Below, piece after piece: positions 38,551-47,495 of a DNA stretch of 64,000 bases. Source of the stretch: Oscillospiraceae bacterium (lineage in GTDB: Bacteria > Bacillota > Clostridia > Oscillospirales > UBA929); the NCBI GenBank assembly GCA_009782215.1, contig WRKO01000008.1, forward strand, positions 7,365-71,364, written 5' to 3'. The translations under genes and the position numbers were made by a program. A model generated the notes under the pieces. The model did not search any database, was not told the origin of the DNA, and worked only from the letters and a program-made list of their open reading frames with translations. Positions within the stretch are counted from its first letter, which is position 1. Each line of letters opens with the position of its first letter.

Positions 38551-39159
38551 ATGAATACAGTTGTCCTGCGCGGGATTCTCGCAAAGCCGGTCGAATGGAG
38601 CCACGCGTCGCATGAGGAAAACTTTTACCGTCTTTGGCTGGAGGTGCGCCGCCTGTCCGGCAAAAACGACTGCCTGCGTATCCTCGCGTCCCAAGACGCG
38701 CTGGACGGCTTTGTGCCGGAGCAGGGCGAAATGCTGGAAATGACCGGGCAGATGCGCACATACAACAACAAAAGCGGCGTGGGCGGACGCCTGATTGTCT
38801 CGGCGCTGGCGCGGGAGATTCAAGCCTCGGAGGGGGTGCATGTCAACAACGTGCGGCTGAGCGGAGCTCTCTGCCGTCCGCCGGGATACCGCAAGACGCC
38901 GCTGGGGCGGGAGATATGCGATATCATGCTTGCCGTGCCGCGTACATACAGCCGCACCGACTATCTGCCGCTGATTGCGTGGGGCGGGGCGGCGCGCGCC
39001 GCCGCCGCGATGGAAACGGGCCAGCCCCTGTTTGCCGCGGGCCGCTTCCAGTCGCGCGCCTATACCAAAATCATCGACGGGGAGCCGTTTGATATGACGG
39101 CGTATGAAATCTCGGTGGTCAGGCTGTTTGACAGCGAGGAAGAGCTGATGGAAACGTAA
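38551..39159 (+). CDS. tandem OB-fold single-stranded-DNA-binding-like protein
   Basis: ATG 38551 after GAGGTGG. Two SSB/PriB-like halves: NTVVLRGILAKPVEW...GEMLEMTGQMRTY and NNVRLSGALCRPPGY...LIAWGGAARAA...GQPLFAAGRFQSRAY. Short acidic tail DSEEELMET. Confidence 0.7.
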   Translation: MNTVVLRGILAKPVEWSHASHEENFYRLWLEVRRLSGKNDCLRILASQDALDGFVPEQGEMLEMTGQMRTYNNKSGVGGRLIVSALAREIQASEGVHVNNVRLSGALCRPPGYRKTPLGREICDIMLAVPRTYSRTDYLPLIAWGGAARAAAAMETGQPLFAAGRFQSRAYTKIIDGEPFDMTAYEISVVRLFDSEEELMET

Positions 39160-39169
39160 AGACGATAAA

Positions 39170-39196
39170 CGCTTCGGCCGCATTGCGGCCGAAGCG
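39170..39196. terminator. bidirectional terminator between convergent genes
   Basis: CGCTTCGGCCGC-ATT-GCGGCCGAAGCG, a perfect 12-bp stem. Confidence 0.7.
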
Positions 39197-39209
39197 TCTG
39201 CCTGAGCGG

Positions 39210-40739
39210 TTATTCGGCATCGGCGCCGTTGACGGTGAGTCCGGTCGCGTCAATGGTGAGGGTAAACGAACGGCCGTCGGAGACAATCTGGAGGGTGGCA
39301 ATCTCGCCGCCGAGGACGAGGACGTTGAATTCATCGTCGAATTCGGCGGGGACGCGGCCTTCCGTTTCCTTGAGCCAAACGCCGTCCTTGACGGTGATGT
39401 TGGCGGGCTGGTTGATTTTGCTGCCGCCGTCTTGGGCGTAGGCGGAGAGGGCAAGGTTGCTCTGGCTGATGTCAACCGTCTCAAAGCCGATGGCGGCCAT
39501 GACCGCCTTGAGGTTGATTTCAACGGCGGTAAACGCTCCGTTCAGCACGGCGGGCAGGGGACGCCCGTCGTCGCCGACGACGGCTTCAAAGTCAAGCGCG
39601 CTCCGGCTGCGGAAAATGTTGTCCTCGTAGTCCAGCTCGCCGGTCAGGGTGATGTCCGCGCCGTCCTCGCGGGAGGCGACGGCGGCCGTCACGCTCTCGT
39701 GAACGGTTTCGGCGGTCACGCCCAGCGGGTTTTGATCCGCGCCGCCGTCCTCGGCCGTGTAGTCGACGACGTTCAGGATTTCGCCGTCTCCGTCAAGAAC
39801 CGCGCCTTCGGAGTAGATTTTGACCGATTCCACAAGGGAGCCTTCGTCCGCCACCACACGGACGCCGCCGGTGACGGAGGTGTTGATGACAAGCTCGGTC
39901 ACGCTGGTTCCGGTGAGGTAAACGGAGTCCGTGCCGCCGCCGAAGAGATACAGCACGCCGACGTCGCAGCCGTCAAGGGTGACGTCGCCGCTGCCCACGC
40001 CCTGCGCGACGACAAGGAACTCGGCCGTGAGGCTATCGGCTGTTAAGCCGGGGCTGCGGATGATGGCCCGCTCCAATTCCGCGCCGTCAAAGTCGGTGTC
40101 TTCGTCGATGAAGACGCCGGCGGCCTTGGCGAGCAGGGTGGCGAACTCCGCGCGGGAGACGGCGTCGGCAGGGGCAATCAGGCCGTTTTTCCCGGCAATC
40201 ATCCCGGCGGCTTCCATTGCGAGGATGTGTCCTTCGGCCCAATCCGGCACCTCGCCGAAGTCGGGGAAGGCGGAGACAAAGGCTTCGGGCGCGTCGGGCA
40301 GGCGGAACGCGTTGCGGACGGCGGTGAACGCTTCGTCGCGCGGGATGCCGCGGTTGGGCTCAAACGCGCCGCCGGTGCCCACCATGAAGCCCGCCGCGAT
40401 GATGTTGTTTATGTAGTCATCAACATACAGGCTTTCGGCGGTGATGTCACTGTAATGGCCGGTGACGGCGTCCTCAAGGTCAAGGCTGTTCAGGCCGAAC
40501 ACCTTGCTGAGCATGATGGCCGCTTCATAACGCTCGATAGCCTTGTCGGGCATGGCGTTGCCCTTGCCGTCGCCCGCGATGACGCCGGCTTGAATCAGCT
40601 TGGTCAGATGTTCCTCGCCCCAATGCCCGGCGACGTCGTTGAAGTCTTGGACGTTTGCGAGCGCGGCGGGAATCAGCGACGCGGCGAACAGGGCGGAGAC
40701 GGTCAGCGCCGTGATTTGACGGAAAATACGCTTTTTCAT
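39210..40739 (-). CDS. SLH-domain S-layer/cell-wall-associated protein
   Basis: ATG 40739 after GAGAGGTG. MKKRIFRQITALTVSALFAASLIPAALA is a signal peptide. Three SLH repeats follow (FNDVAGHWGEEHL..., ...RDEAFTAV..., ...VSRAEFATLLAKA). Confidence 0.85.
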   Translation of the reverse strand: MKKRIFRQITALTVSALFAASLIPAALANVQDFNDVAGHWGEEHLTKLIQAGVIAGDGKGNAMPDKAIERYEAAIMLSKVFGLNSLDLEDAVTGHYSDITAESLYVDDYINNIIAAGFMVGTGGAFEPNRGIPRDEAFTAVRNAFRLPDAPEAFVSAFPDFGEVPDWAEGHILAMEAAGMIAGKNGLIAPADAVSRAEFATLLAKAAGVFIDEDTDFDGAELERAIIRSPGLTADSLTAEFLVVAQGVGSGDVTLDGCDVGVLYLFGGGTDSVYLTGTSVTELVINTSVTGGVRVVADEGSLVESVKIYSEGAVLDGDGEILNVVDYTAEDGGADQNPLGVTAETVHESVTAAVASREDGADITLTGELDYEDNIFRSRSALDFEAVVGDDGRPLPAVLNGAFTAVEINLKAVMAAIGFETVDISQSNLALSAYAQDGGSKINQPANITVKDGVWLKETEGRVPAEFDDEFNVLVLGGEIATLQIVSDGRSFTLTIDATGLTVNGADAE

Positions 40740-40893
40740 AGGGTTGCACCTCTCACTTATAATTTGCGGGACGGTTCTTCCCCGCAAACACTATTGTCGA
40801 TGATTGACCGGAGGATATCAATGCAAAAAAAAAGGATGTCAAGGTATAATTGCGCCGAGGATGCAAAAAATAGGCTCAAAGGAGCGTGAAGTC

Positions 40894-41037
40894 ATGGCCA
40901 AAGCCGGTATGCGCCGTCCCGACCCAAGCCAGCCCCACGGGACGGAAAGCAATAAAAAAATGAACAAGCAAAAAAACGAGCAGCGCCCTGTGGCTCAGAT
41001 GCCGGGGACAAACAATAAGAACACGCATAAGAAGTAA
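40894..41037 (+). CDS. small hydrophilic basic protein (47 aa)
   Basis: AAAGGAG RBS 7 nt before ATG 40894. MAKAGMRRPDPSQPHGTESNKKMNKQKNEQRPVAQMPGTNNKNTHKK. Followed by the hairpin CGGGC-TTTCAT-GCCCG plus a T-run. The track ORF 40804-41037 is the same frame extended. Confidence 0.4.
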   Translation: MAKAGMRRPDPSQPHGTESNKKMNKQKNEQRPVAQMPGTNNKNTHKK

Positions 41038-41085
41038 CCACGCGCGGGTCGGGCTTTCATGCCCGGCCGTTTTTATACCGGGGCA

Positions 41086-41835
41086 CTATGCCGGACAGAA
41101 TCGGCTGACGGTTTCGAGGAGCCGCCCGGCCTTTTCGGAGGCCACGTTTTCAGACAGTCTGGCGCCCGCGACGATAGGCGCCCACGCGAATATGCCGCTT
41201 TGCGGCGTCCCGCTTTTTTCGCAGTACAGCCGGAGGTATCCATCCGCCAGCTCCGTTGAATACTGCGAGTAGAGCAAATAGGTGCGGTACGCGTCGGCTT
41301 TTGCGTCCCCGGCGCTCGCGTCCACCCAGTCGATAACCGTCGCGCCGGCTTCGCCCAAAATCACATTGAAGATATGGTAATCGCCGTGACAAAGCCTTTT
41401 GTCAAACCGCATACCGTGCAGCTTTTCAAGCAAAGCGTCTTGCTGCCGCTCGCTCAACGCGGAAGCGGAACGCAACTGCCGGGCCAGCTTATCCGTCATC
41501 AGCTCAAAATCGTTTGCCTTTACATCGTGGATCCGCAACTGTATATCGACGGAAAGGCTCATATAACGCTCCGTTGTTGTCTTGTCTCCGAATACGAGTT
41601 CCCCGAGGGTCTTGCCCGCCGCGTACTCCATGATAACGGCCTGTCTGCCGTTGATGGCGGTTACTTCAAAAACATATGGCACAGGCAGCCCCTGAGAATA
41701 CGCGAATCGCTGCTTGTTCGCCTCATATTCCGCTTCCGTATCGGGCAGGAAATCCTTAAACAGCTTAACAATTTTCCCCTCACGCAGATAGACGTCCGCA
41801 GTGTTCCCCGCCGCAATGAGCTTATCCAAGGTCAT
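41086..41835 (-). CDS. aminoglycoside/choline-kinase-like phosphotransferase family protein
   Basis: GNTADVY...KLFK (nucleotide-binding Lys) and the Brenner motif CHGDYHIFNVIL...VIDW of the APH/ChoK fold. Confidence 0.8.
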   Translation of the reverse strand: MTLDKLIAAGNTADVYLREGKIVKLFKDFLPDTEAEYEANKQRFAYSQGLPVPYVFEVTAINGRQAVIMEYAAGKTLGELVFGDKTTTERYMSLSVDIQLRIHDVKANDFELMTDKLARQLRSASALSERQQDALLEKLHGMRFDKRLCHGDYHIFNVILGEAGATVIDWVDASAGDAKADAYRTYLLYSQYSTELADGYLRLYCEKSGTPQSGIFAWAPIVAGARLSENVASEKAGRLLETVSRFCPA

Positions 41836-42151
41836 TTCCCCCGTGCCTCCCGATAAAGCTCAAATGCTTGCTCAAATCCATCGACCCGTGTAAAACCCGA
41901 TGGATTTCCACGGTTTTCGCCTCGTCATTGACCACATAAAAGACCAGATACTCGTTTACAATCATTCTCCTATAGTCCATATCGTCCGTGTACCGCTCAT
42001 ACGCATAGGGCATTTCCTTCAAACGCGTGGCTTTACGTTTATACTGCGTGATAAACCGCCGCGCCGTGCCGGGGTAAAAGCGCGATAACGCCGTTTTTAT
42101 CTCCTTCAAATCTCTAAAAGCGGCGTCTAAGGTCTTCACCGTATATTTCAT
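41822..42151 (-). CDS. type II toxin, RelE/ParE superfamily
   Basis: 109 aa with the typical ParE/RelE layout (FRDLKEI...YLVFYVVNDEAKTVEIHRVLHGSMD). 4-nt overlap with the upstream antitoxin. Confidence 0.85.
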   Translation of the reverse strand: MKYTVKTLDAAFRDLKEIKTALSRFYPGTARRFITQYKRKATRLKEMPYAYERYTDDMDYRRMIVNEYLVFYVVNDEAKTVEIHRVLHGSMDLSKHLSFIGRHGGNDLG

Positions 42152-42435
42152 ACCGGCGCCTCAAGCATCTTTAATACGTCGTCCTCGCTGTGCCAGACGG
42201 CGTCGGGGCTTTCCGCCTCCTGTTTCGCTTTGCGCAGCTCCCGCATGATATACAGCCGGTGGGAATCGTCGCTGTGGAGACTCAGCTCAAACGGGATTTT
42301 CCCCTGCCGCAGCGACTGGCGCAGAAACACATTGATGGCCGAAGTCATCGTTAAGCCCAGCTCATTAAAAACGGTTTCGGCCTGCTCCTTGAGGTCTTTG
42401 TCAATACGGATATTGACATTGGTGGTTTCCCCCAT
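42148..42435 (-). CDS. type II antitoxin, RelB/DinJ family
   Basis: ATG 42435 after GGAGGG. TNVNIRIDKDLKEQAETVFNELGLTMTSAINVFLRQ is the DinJ/RelB RHH signature. Confidence 0.85.
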   Translation of the reverse strand: MGETTNVNIRIDKDLKEQAETVFNELGLTMTSAINVFLRQSLRQGKIPFELSLHSDDSHRLYIMRELRKAKQEAESPDAVWHSEDDVLKMLEAPV

Positions 42436-42518
42436 GAGAGTCCCTCCTATCATAAAAAAATGTGTTTGCAATTATATTATGCGGCAATTTACGCGCATTG
42501 TCAATACATATTCTCTAT

Positions 42519-42557
42519 TTCATCTCTTCCCATTCCTCCGGCGTTATCAGGACGGCG
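42519..42557. repeat. displaced copy of the ftsK 3' end (direct repeat A)
   Basis: 39 nt with 37 matches to 43120-43158. The minus-strand reading still encodes ...VLITPEEWEEMK-stop, the FtsK C-terminus. Confidence 0.85.
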
Positions 42558-42567
42558 GTTTGTTTAT

Positions 42568-43080
42568 TCATTCATTATGAAGCACATATCTCATTACAGG
42601 CAGGGGTTTTCCCACAGTCATCTCTTTCTTGGCACCGTCAAAGATAAAGCCGCATTTTTCATAGAATCGACGTGCCCGATGGTTCCCCTCAAGCACCCAT
42701 ATCAGCGCTTCACTATATCCCGTCATCTTTAGCTCCTTCAATGCAAAGTCCAGCATTTTTCGCCCGTATCCTTTGCCCCAGAAACCTTCAAGCAAATAAA
42801 TACCAATTATTTCTCCGGCATTGGGCTTATCTTCGTCTCGGCTCTGTCCAATCACGAGCTTCCCGATAACCTTCTCCTGATATATCGACAAGTAAAACCG
42901 GGCTGTCTGCTCAGTCATTTCCTCTTTGAATCTCTCAGCGCGTTGTTCAAGCTGCGTACTCATATTCGCTAAGTATTCGTCAGGGATAATCCCTCTGTAT
43001 GCCGATTGCCATGTCTCGATATGGCAGGCCGCGTACTCATAAGCATCCTCCGGTAACGCCTTTCGGATAGAGAAGCTCAT
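42568..43080 (-). CDS. GNAT family N-acetyltransferase
   Basis: 170 aa. IGIYLLEGFWGKGYGRKMLDFALKELK is the acetyl-CoA-binding motif A. Confidence 0.9.
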   Translation of the reverse strand: MSFSIRKALPEDAYEYAACHIETWQSAYRGIIPDEYLANMSTQLEQRAERFKEEMTEQTARFYLSIYQEKVIGKLVIGQSRDEDKPNAGEIIGIYLLEGFWGKGYGRKMLDFALKELKMTGYSEALIWVLEGNHRARRFYEKCGFIFDGAKKEMTVGKPLPVMRYVLHNE

Positions 43081-43115
43081 ATTTTGCCCCCTTCAAGACA
43101 CAGAATGAATCTTTC

Positions 43116-45455
43116 TCACTTCATCTCTTCCCATTCCTCCGGCGTAATCAGCACGGCGCGGGGCTTGCTGCCTTCGAAGGGGCCTACGATGCCGCGTTCC
43201 TCCATTTCGTCCATCAGGCGGGCGGCGCGGGCGTAGCCCAGCTTGAGACGGCGCTGGAGATAGGACGTGGAGCCTTGCCCGGACTCGATGATGGCTTCGA
43301 TGGCGGCGGGCAGCATGGGGTCGGCGCCCTCGGAGGAGGAGCCGCCGTGCAAGCCGTCTCCGCCTCCGGCGCCGCGCTGCTCCAAATGGGCCAGCATGTC
43401 GTCGGAATAGTTGGCGGACGAGCTGCCCTTGATGTATTCCACCACGCGGGAAACCTCCTCGTCGGAGACAAAGCAGCCCTGCACCCGAGACGGCTTGGGC
43501 GCGCCGACGGGCAGATAGAGCATATCGCCGCGCCCCACCAGCTTTTCCGCGCCGCCGGAGTCGAGGATGATGCGGCTGTCAAGGTTGCCCTTGACGGCGA
43601 AAGCGATGCGGGACGGGATGTTGGCCTTGATGATGCCGGTGACCACCTTGGCTTCGGGGCGCTGCGTGGCAAGGATGAGATGCACGCCGCAGGCGCGCGC
43701 CTTTTGGGCAATCCGCGCCACCGCCGTTTCCACCTCTTTGTGGGCCACCATCATCAAATCGGCCATTTCGTCGATGATGACGACGATGCGCGGCATGGCC
43801 GCGCCGCCCTCCCGCGTGATTTCCTCGTTATACGAAACAATCTCGCGCTTGCCGCGCTGCATCAGCAAATCATACCGGCTGTCCATCTCGCTCACCGCCC
43901 ACGCCAGCGCCTCGGCGGCGCGCTTGGGTTCGGTGACGACAGGGGAGAGCAGGTGGGGGATGCCGTTGTACACGCCCAGCTCGACCATCTTGGGGTCAAT
44001 CATAATAAACCGCAAATCCTCCGGCGACGCCTTGTAGAGCATTGACAAAATCAGCGTGTTCATGCAGACCGATTTGCCCGACCCGGTGGTGCCGGCAATC
44101 AGCAGATGGGTCAGCTTGGTCATGTCGGAAACGATGTTCTGCCCGGTGATGTCCCGTCCAAGGACAAAGGAGGTGGAACTGTTCATGGCGCGGAACTCTT
44201 GCGAATCAATCAAATCGCGTATGTAGACGGTGGAAACCATCCGGTTCGGCACCTCGATGCCGACGACGTTTGCCTTGCCCGGCACCGGCGCGATATGAAC
44301 GCCGGTCGCGCCCAGAGAGAGGGCGATGTCGTCGGCGCGGCTGGTCAGGGAGGAGAGCTTGACGCCCGCCTCCGGCTCGATTTCATACCGCGTCACCGCC
44401 GGGCCGCGCGTCACGGTGAGGATGGACGCGCCGATGGCAAAGCTCTGCATCACGGCAATCAGCCGCTCGGCGTTGTATTTAAGCTCCTCCTCGTTCTTCC
44501 CCGACAAATGGTCGAAAACGGGGCGGGTCGCCGTCAGGAGCTGTATGTCCGGGAAGCGGTAAGGCTGCGCAACCCCTTCGGTATCCTCGCCGACCGACAC
44601 CGACGCGAGCGGCGTCAGCACCGGCTCCATCGGCGGCGCCGTGTCCTCAATCGGGGGAATCGGCACAGGCTCGATTTTGACGCCCTTCGGCGGCTTGGCG
44701 GGCGCCGGAGGAATCGGGTCCAGCCGAAGCCCGTCAGGCTCCGCCGCAATCTCTCCGGGCGTTTTAACCGTTTCGCCGCGCGCGGGCAGAATCCCGGCGG
44801 GCGGCGGCTCTTCCGGCTCGCTGTCCGGCCCGGCGTAGACGGGGATATCGTAATCGGGCCGTTTCTTCTCTTTTTTGGCGGGCGGCCGTACGGGCGGCGG
44901 CTCGCTTATATCCGGCGCGGGCGGGCGCGGCGGCGGAGAATCGGGTTCCTCATAGTCCCGGCGCGGGCGGTTGCGGATGGCGTCCGCGACGGCCACCGGG
45001 CTGAGGCGCAGAAAGATGAAAAGACAGATGCATATGCCCGCGAGCAGCAAAACAACCGCCACCGGCGCGCTCAGCCCGACCCTCAGCCAGCGGGCGAGCC
45101 AATAGGCCGCCGGATGCCATGTGTCTCGTTCGGCGGCAAACATCCCAATCATCATCCCCGTGAGCGCGGGGACGGTAAAGACGCAAACCGTCCGCAGCGC
45201 CACCGGCTTGGCCCGGTGGAACAGCAGAGCGCCCGCCGCGGCGAGGCTGGCGAAGGGCAGCATCATAAAGCCGTCGCCGACAAACCATTCCAGCGCGAGA
45301 CGGAGACGGTCAAGCAGCCACGCCTGCGCCCCGAACAGGGACGCCCCGGTGAAAACCGCAAGCAAAAAGCAAGCCAGCGCTCCAACCTCGCGGCGGATAA
45401 GGCGGCGGCCGGCCGGCTTGGCCGCGGCTTTAGACGTTTTCTTCTGTGCAGGCAT
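43116..45455 (-). CDS. ftsK: DNA translocase FtsK/SpoIIIE
   Basis: 779 aa. N-terminal TMs, Pro-rich linker, motor domain with Walker A GTTGSGKS and Walker B VVIIDEMADL, and a C-terminal gamma winged helix (YLQRRLKLGYARAARLMDEME). Confidence 0.95.
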   Translation of the reverse strand: MPAQKKTSKAAAKPAGRRLIRREVGALACFLLAVFTGASLFGAQAWLLDRLRLALEWFVGDGFMMLPFASLAAAGALLFHRAKPVALRTVCVFTVPALTGMMIGMFAAERDTWHPAAYWLARWLRVGLSAPVAVVLLLAGICICLFIFLRLSPVAVADAIRNRPRRDYEEPDSPPPRPPAPDISEPPPVRPPAKKEKKRPDYDIPVYAGPDSEPEEPPPAGILPARGETVKTPGEIAAEPDGLRLDPIPPAPAKPPKGVKIEPVPIPPIEDTAPPMEPVLTPLASVSVGEDTEGVAQPYRFPDIQLLTATRPVFDHLSGKNEEELKYNAERLIAVMQSFAIGASILTVTRGPAVTRYEIEPEAGVKLSSLTSRADDIALSLGATGVHIAPVPGKANVVGIEVPNRMVSTVYIRDLIDSQEFRAMNSSTSFVLGRDITGQNIVSDMTKLTHLLIAGTTGSGKSVCMNTLILSMLYKASPEDLRFIMIDPKMVELGVYNGIPHLLSPVVTEPKRAAEALAWAVSEMDSRYDLLMQRGKREIVSYNEEITREGGAAMPRIVVIIDEMADLMMVAHKEVETAVARIAQKARACGVHLILATQRPEAKVVTGIIKANIPSRIAFAVKGNLDSRIILDSGGAEKLVGRGDMLYLPVGAPKPSRVQGCFVSDEEVSRVVEYIKGSSSANYSDDMLAHLEQRGAGGGDGLHGGSSSEGADPMLPAAIEAIIESGQGSTSYLQRRLKLGYARAARLMDEMEERGIVGPFEGSKPRAVLITPEEWEEMK
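43120..43158. repeat. ftsK 3' end (direct repeat B)
   Basis: The functional 3' terminus of ftsK. Shares TTCATCTCTTCCCATTCCTCCGGCGT-ATCAG-ACGGCG with 42519-42557. Confidence 0.85.
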
Positions 45456-45464
45456 TTGTAATCC

Positions 45465-46319
45465 CTAAATCCCTTTCGGTAAAAATGCTTCCAAAAAGAG
45501 CGTAATCACGCCCACGGCGGCGCAGTAATACGCAAAGACGCCGAAGCGTCCGGCGGCCACCAGCCGTTTAATCACCGCAATCGCGAAATACCCCACGACG
45601 CCGGCGGCAATCATGCCGGGGATGTAGCTGAAAAACTCGCCGGAGGTGAATTCTCCCTGCGAGACGGCCTCAAACACATGCAGAACCGTCGCCCCCACAA
45701 TGGCGGGGATGCTCATCAGAAAAGAAAACTTAACGGCGAACTTGCGGTCAAACCCGCGCATCAGTCCGGCCGAAATGGTGGCGCCGGAGCGCGACAAGCC
45801 CGGAATGATGGCGATAGCTTGGAAAAGACCCACCACCATCGCGTCGGAGACGCGCGCGGTTTTGTCCGCCTTCTTGCCGGGGGCGACGCGGTCGGCTATG
45901 TAGAGCAGCGAGCCGGTGCCGATGAGGGCGGCGCCCACAAAATACAGGTTTTTCGTCAGCACGTCGAATGTACTGGCAAACACCCCCACCGCCAAAATCG
46001 GCAGCGTGGCGAGGACGATAAGGAGCAGGAGCCTTTGCGCCGGACGGGCTTTCCCGTCGGCCCGCTTCGATACGGAGAAGAGGGAGAAAAACGCGCCGGC
46101 TATCTCCGCCACATCCCTGTGGAACGCGATGATAACGGCCGTCAGCGTCCCGGCGTGCAGAAGGATGTCAAAGAGGAGAAGGTCTTGCGGGGCCGGAAGC
46201 TCGGCGCCGAACGCGGTGAAAATCGCTTGAAGGATGGCCAGATGTCCCGAGCTGGAAACAGGCAGAAACTCCGTGGCCCCCTGCACGACGCCCAGCAGCA
46301 GCGAAATCCATACAGACAA
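45465..46319 (-). CDS. uppP: undecaprenyl-diphosphate phosphatase
   Basis: GVVQGATEFLPVSSSGHL and PGLSRSGATI are the BacA/UppP signature motifs. Confidence 0.95.
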   Translation of the reverse strand: MSVWISLLLGVVQGATEFLPVSSSGHLAILQAIFTAFGAELPAPQDLLLFDILLHAGTLTAVIIAFHRDVAEIAGAFFSLFSVSKRADGKARPAQRLLLLIVLATLPILAVGVFASTFDVLTKNLYFVGAALIGTGSLLYIADRVAPGKKADKTARVSDAMVVGLFQAIAIIPGLSRSGATISAGLMRGFDRKFAVKFSFLMSIPAIVGATVLHVFEAVSQGEFTSGEFFSYIPGMIAAGVVGYFAIAVIKRLVAAGRFGVFAYYCAAVGVITLFLEAFLPKGI

Positions 46320-46379
46320 ACTGCGTCCTCTCCTTTCGGGTCAGTATATTCGGCATAACCGCACGGCATGACCGATCGG

Positions 46380-47495
46380 TTAGTTTAAGAAGTCCTTCAG
46401 CTTTTTCGAGCGGCTGGGGTGACGCAGCTTGCGGAGGGCCTTGGCCTCAATCTGGCGGATGCGTTCACGGGTGACGTTAAACTCGCGCCCCACCTCCTCC
46501 AGTGTCCGCGTGCGGCCGTCCTCGATGCCGAAGCGCAGCTTCAGCACCTTTTCCTCTCTGGGCGTCAGCGAGCCTAATACGTTGATGAGCTGTTCCTTGA
46601 GCAGGGTGAACGACGCCGCCTCCGCCGGCTGGGACGCGTCCTCGTCGGGGATAAAGTCGCCCAAGTGGCTGTCTTCCTCCTCGCCAATCGGGGTTTCAAG
46701 GCTGACCGGCTCCTGCGCGATTTTCATAATCTCGCGCACCTTGTCAACGCTGATGCCCATTTCCACGGCGATTTCCTCGGGCGACGGGTCGTGTCCCAGC
46801 TCCTGCAAAAGCTGGCGGGAGACGCGAATGACCTTGTTGATGGTCTCGACCATATGCACCGGGATACGGATGGTGCGCGCCTGATCGGCAATGGCGCGGG
46901 TAATGGCCTGACGAATCCACCAAGTGGCGTATGTGGAAAACTTATATCCCTTAGAATAGTCAAACTTTTCAACAGCCTTAATCAGCCCCAAGTTGCCCTC
47001 CTGAATCAAATCAAGGAAGAGCATCCCGCGGCCCACATAGCGCTTGGCAATCGACACAACCAGACGGAGATTGGCTTCGGCCAGCTTGGCTCTGGCTTTC
47101 CCGTCGTTTTCAAACATTCGCCGCGCCAAATCAATTTCCTCGTCGCCGGAGAGCAGCGGCACCTTGCCGATTTCCTTGAGATAGGTTCGCACCGGGTCGT
47201 CAACGTTGAAGCCCTCGGCCAAAGACTCGGGATCCTCCAGCTCCTCGGGCGGGATTTCCTCAATCTCCTTGATGTCGGGCAGGTCTTCGGCCGGCAGGTC
47301 TTCGGGGTATTCGTCAACCTGAATCTCTACGTCCATCCCTTCAAGCTGGTCGTAGATGCGGTCGATTTGGTCGCTGTCGATTTCCACCTCTTCCAGCGCG
47401 TCGTGCAGCTCCTTGGCCGATATTTTGCCGCGCTTACGCCACTGCTCCATCAAATCGGCTAAGTCAAACGTTTTTTCCTCCGCGTTCACAGCCAT
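46380..47495 (-). CDS. rpoD: RNA polymerase primary sigma factor
   Basis: Regions 1.2-4.2 are present ([67 protein letters not shown]). Confidence 0.95.
   Translation of the reverse strand: MAVNAEEKTFDLADLMEQWRKRGKISAKELHDALEEVEIDSDQIDRIYDQLEGMDVEIQVDEYPEDLPAEDLPDIKEIEEIPPEELEDPESLAEGFNVDDPVRTYLKEIGKVPLLSGDEEIDLARRMFENDGKARAKLAEANLRLVVSIAKRYVGRGMLFLDLIQEGNLGLIKAVEKFDYSKGYKFSTYATWWIRQAITRAIADQARTIRIPVHMVETINKVIRVSRQLLQELGHDPSPEEIAVEMGISVDKVREIMKIAQEPVSLETPIGEEEDSHLGDFIPDEDASQPAEAASFTLLKEQLINVLGSLTPREEKVLKLRFGIEDGRTRTLEEVGREFNVTRERIRQIEAKALRKLRHPSRSKKLKDFLN

Noticed and set aside
38344-39183. 279-aa minus-strand ORF, plus 38055-38510 and 38261-38761
   Set aside because: They are antisense to the SSB-like gene and to the GC3-biased ORF 38112-38492. 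The products are Arg-rich, with no RBS and no motifs.
39183-40046. 287-aa + strand ORF (also 40227-40889)
   Set aside because: It is antisense to the SLH protein gene, which has a signal peptide and three SLH repeats.
44106-45461. 451-aa + strand ORF inside ftsK (also 43275-44045 and 43567-44037)
   Set aside because: It is antisense to FtsK, whose motor motifs are unambiguous. The product is extremely Arg-rich junk.
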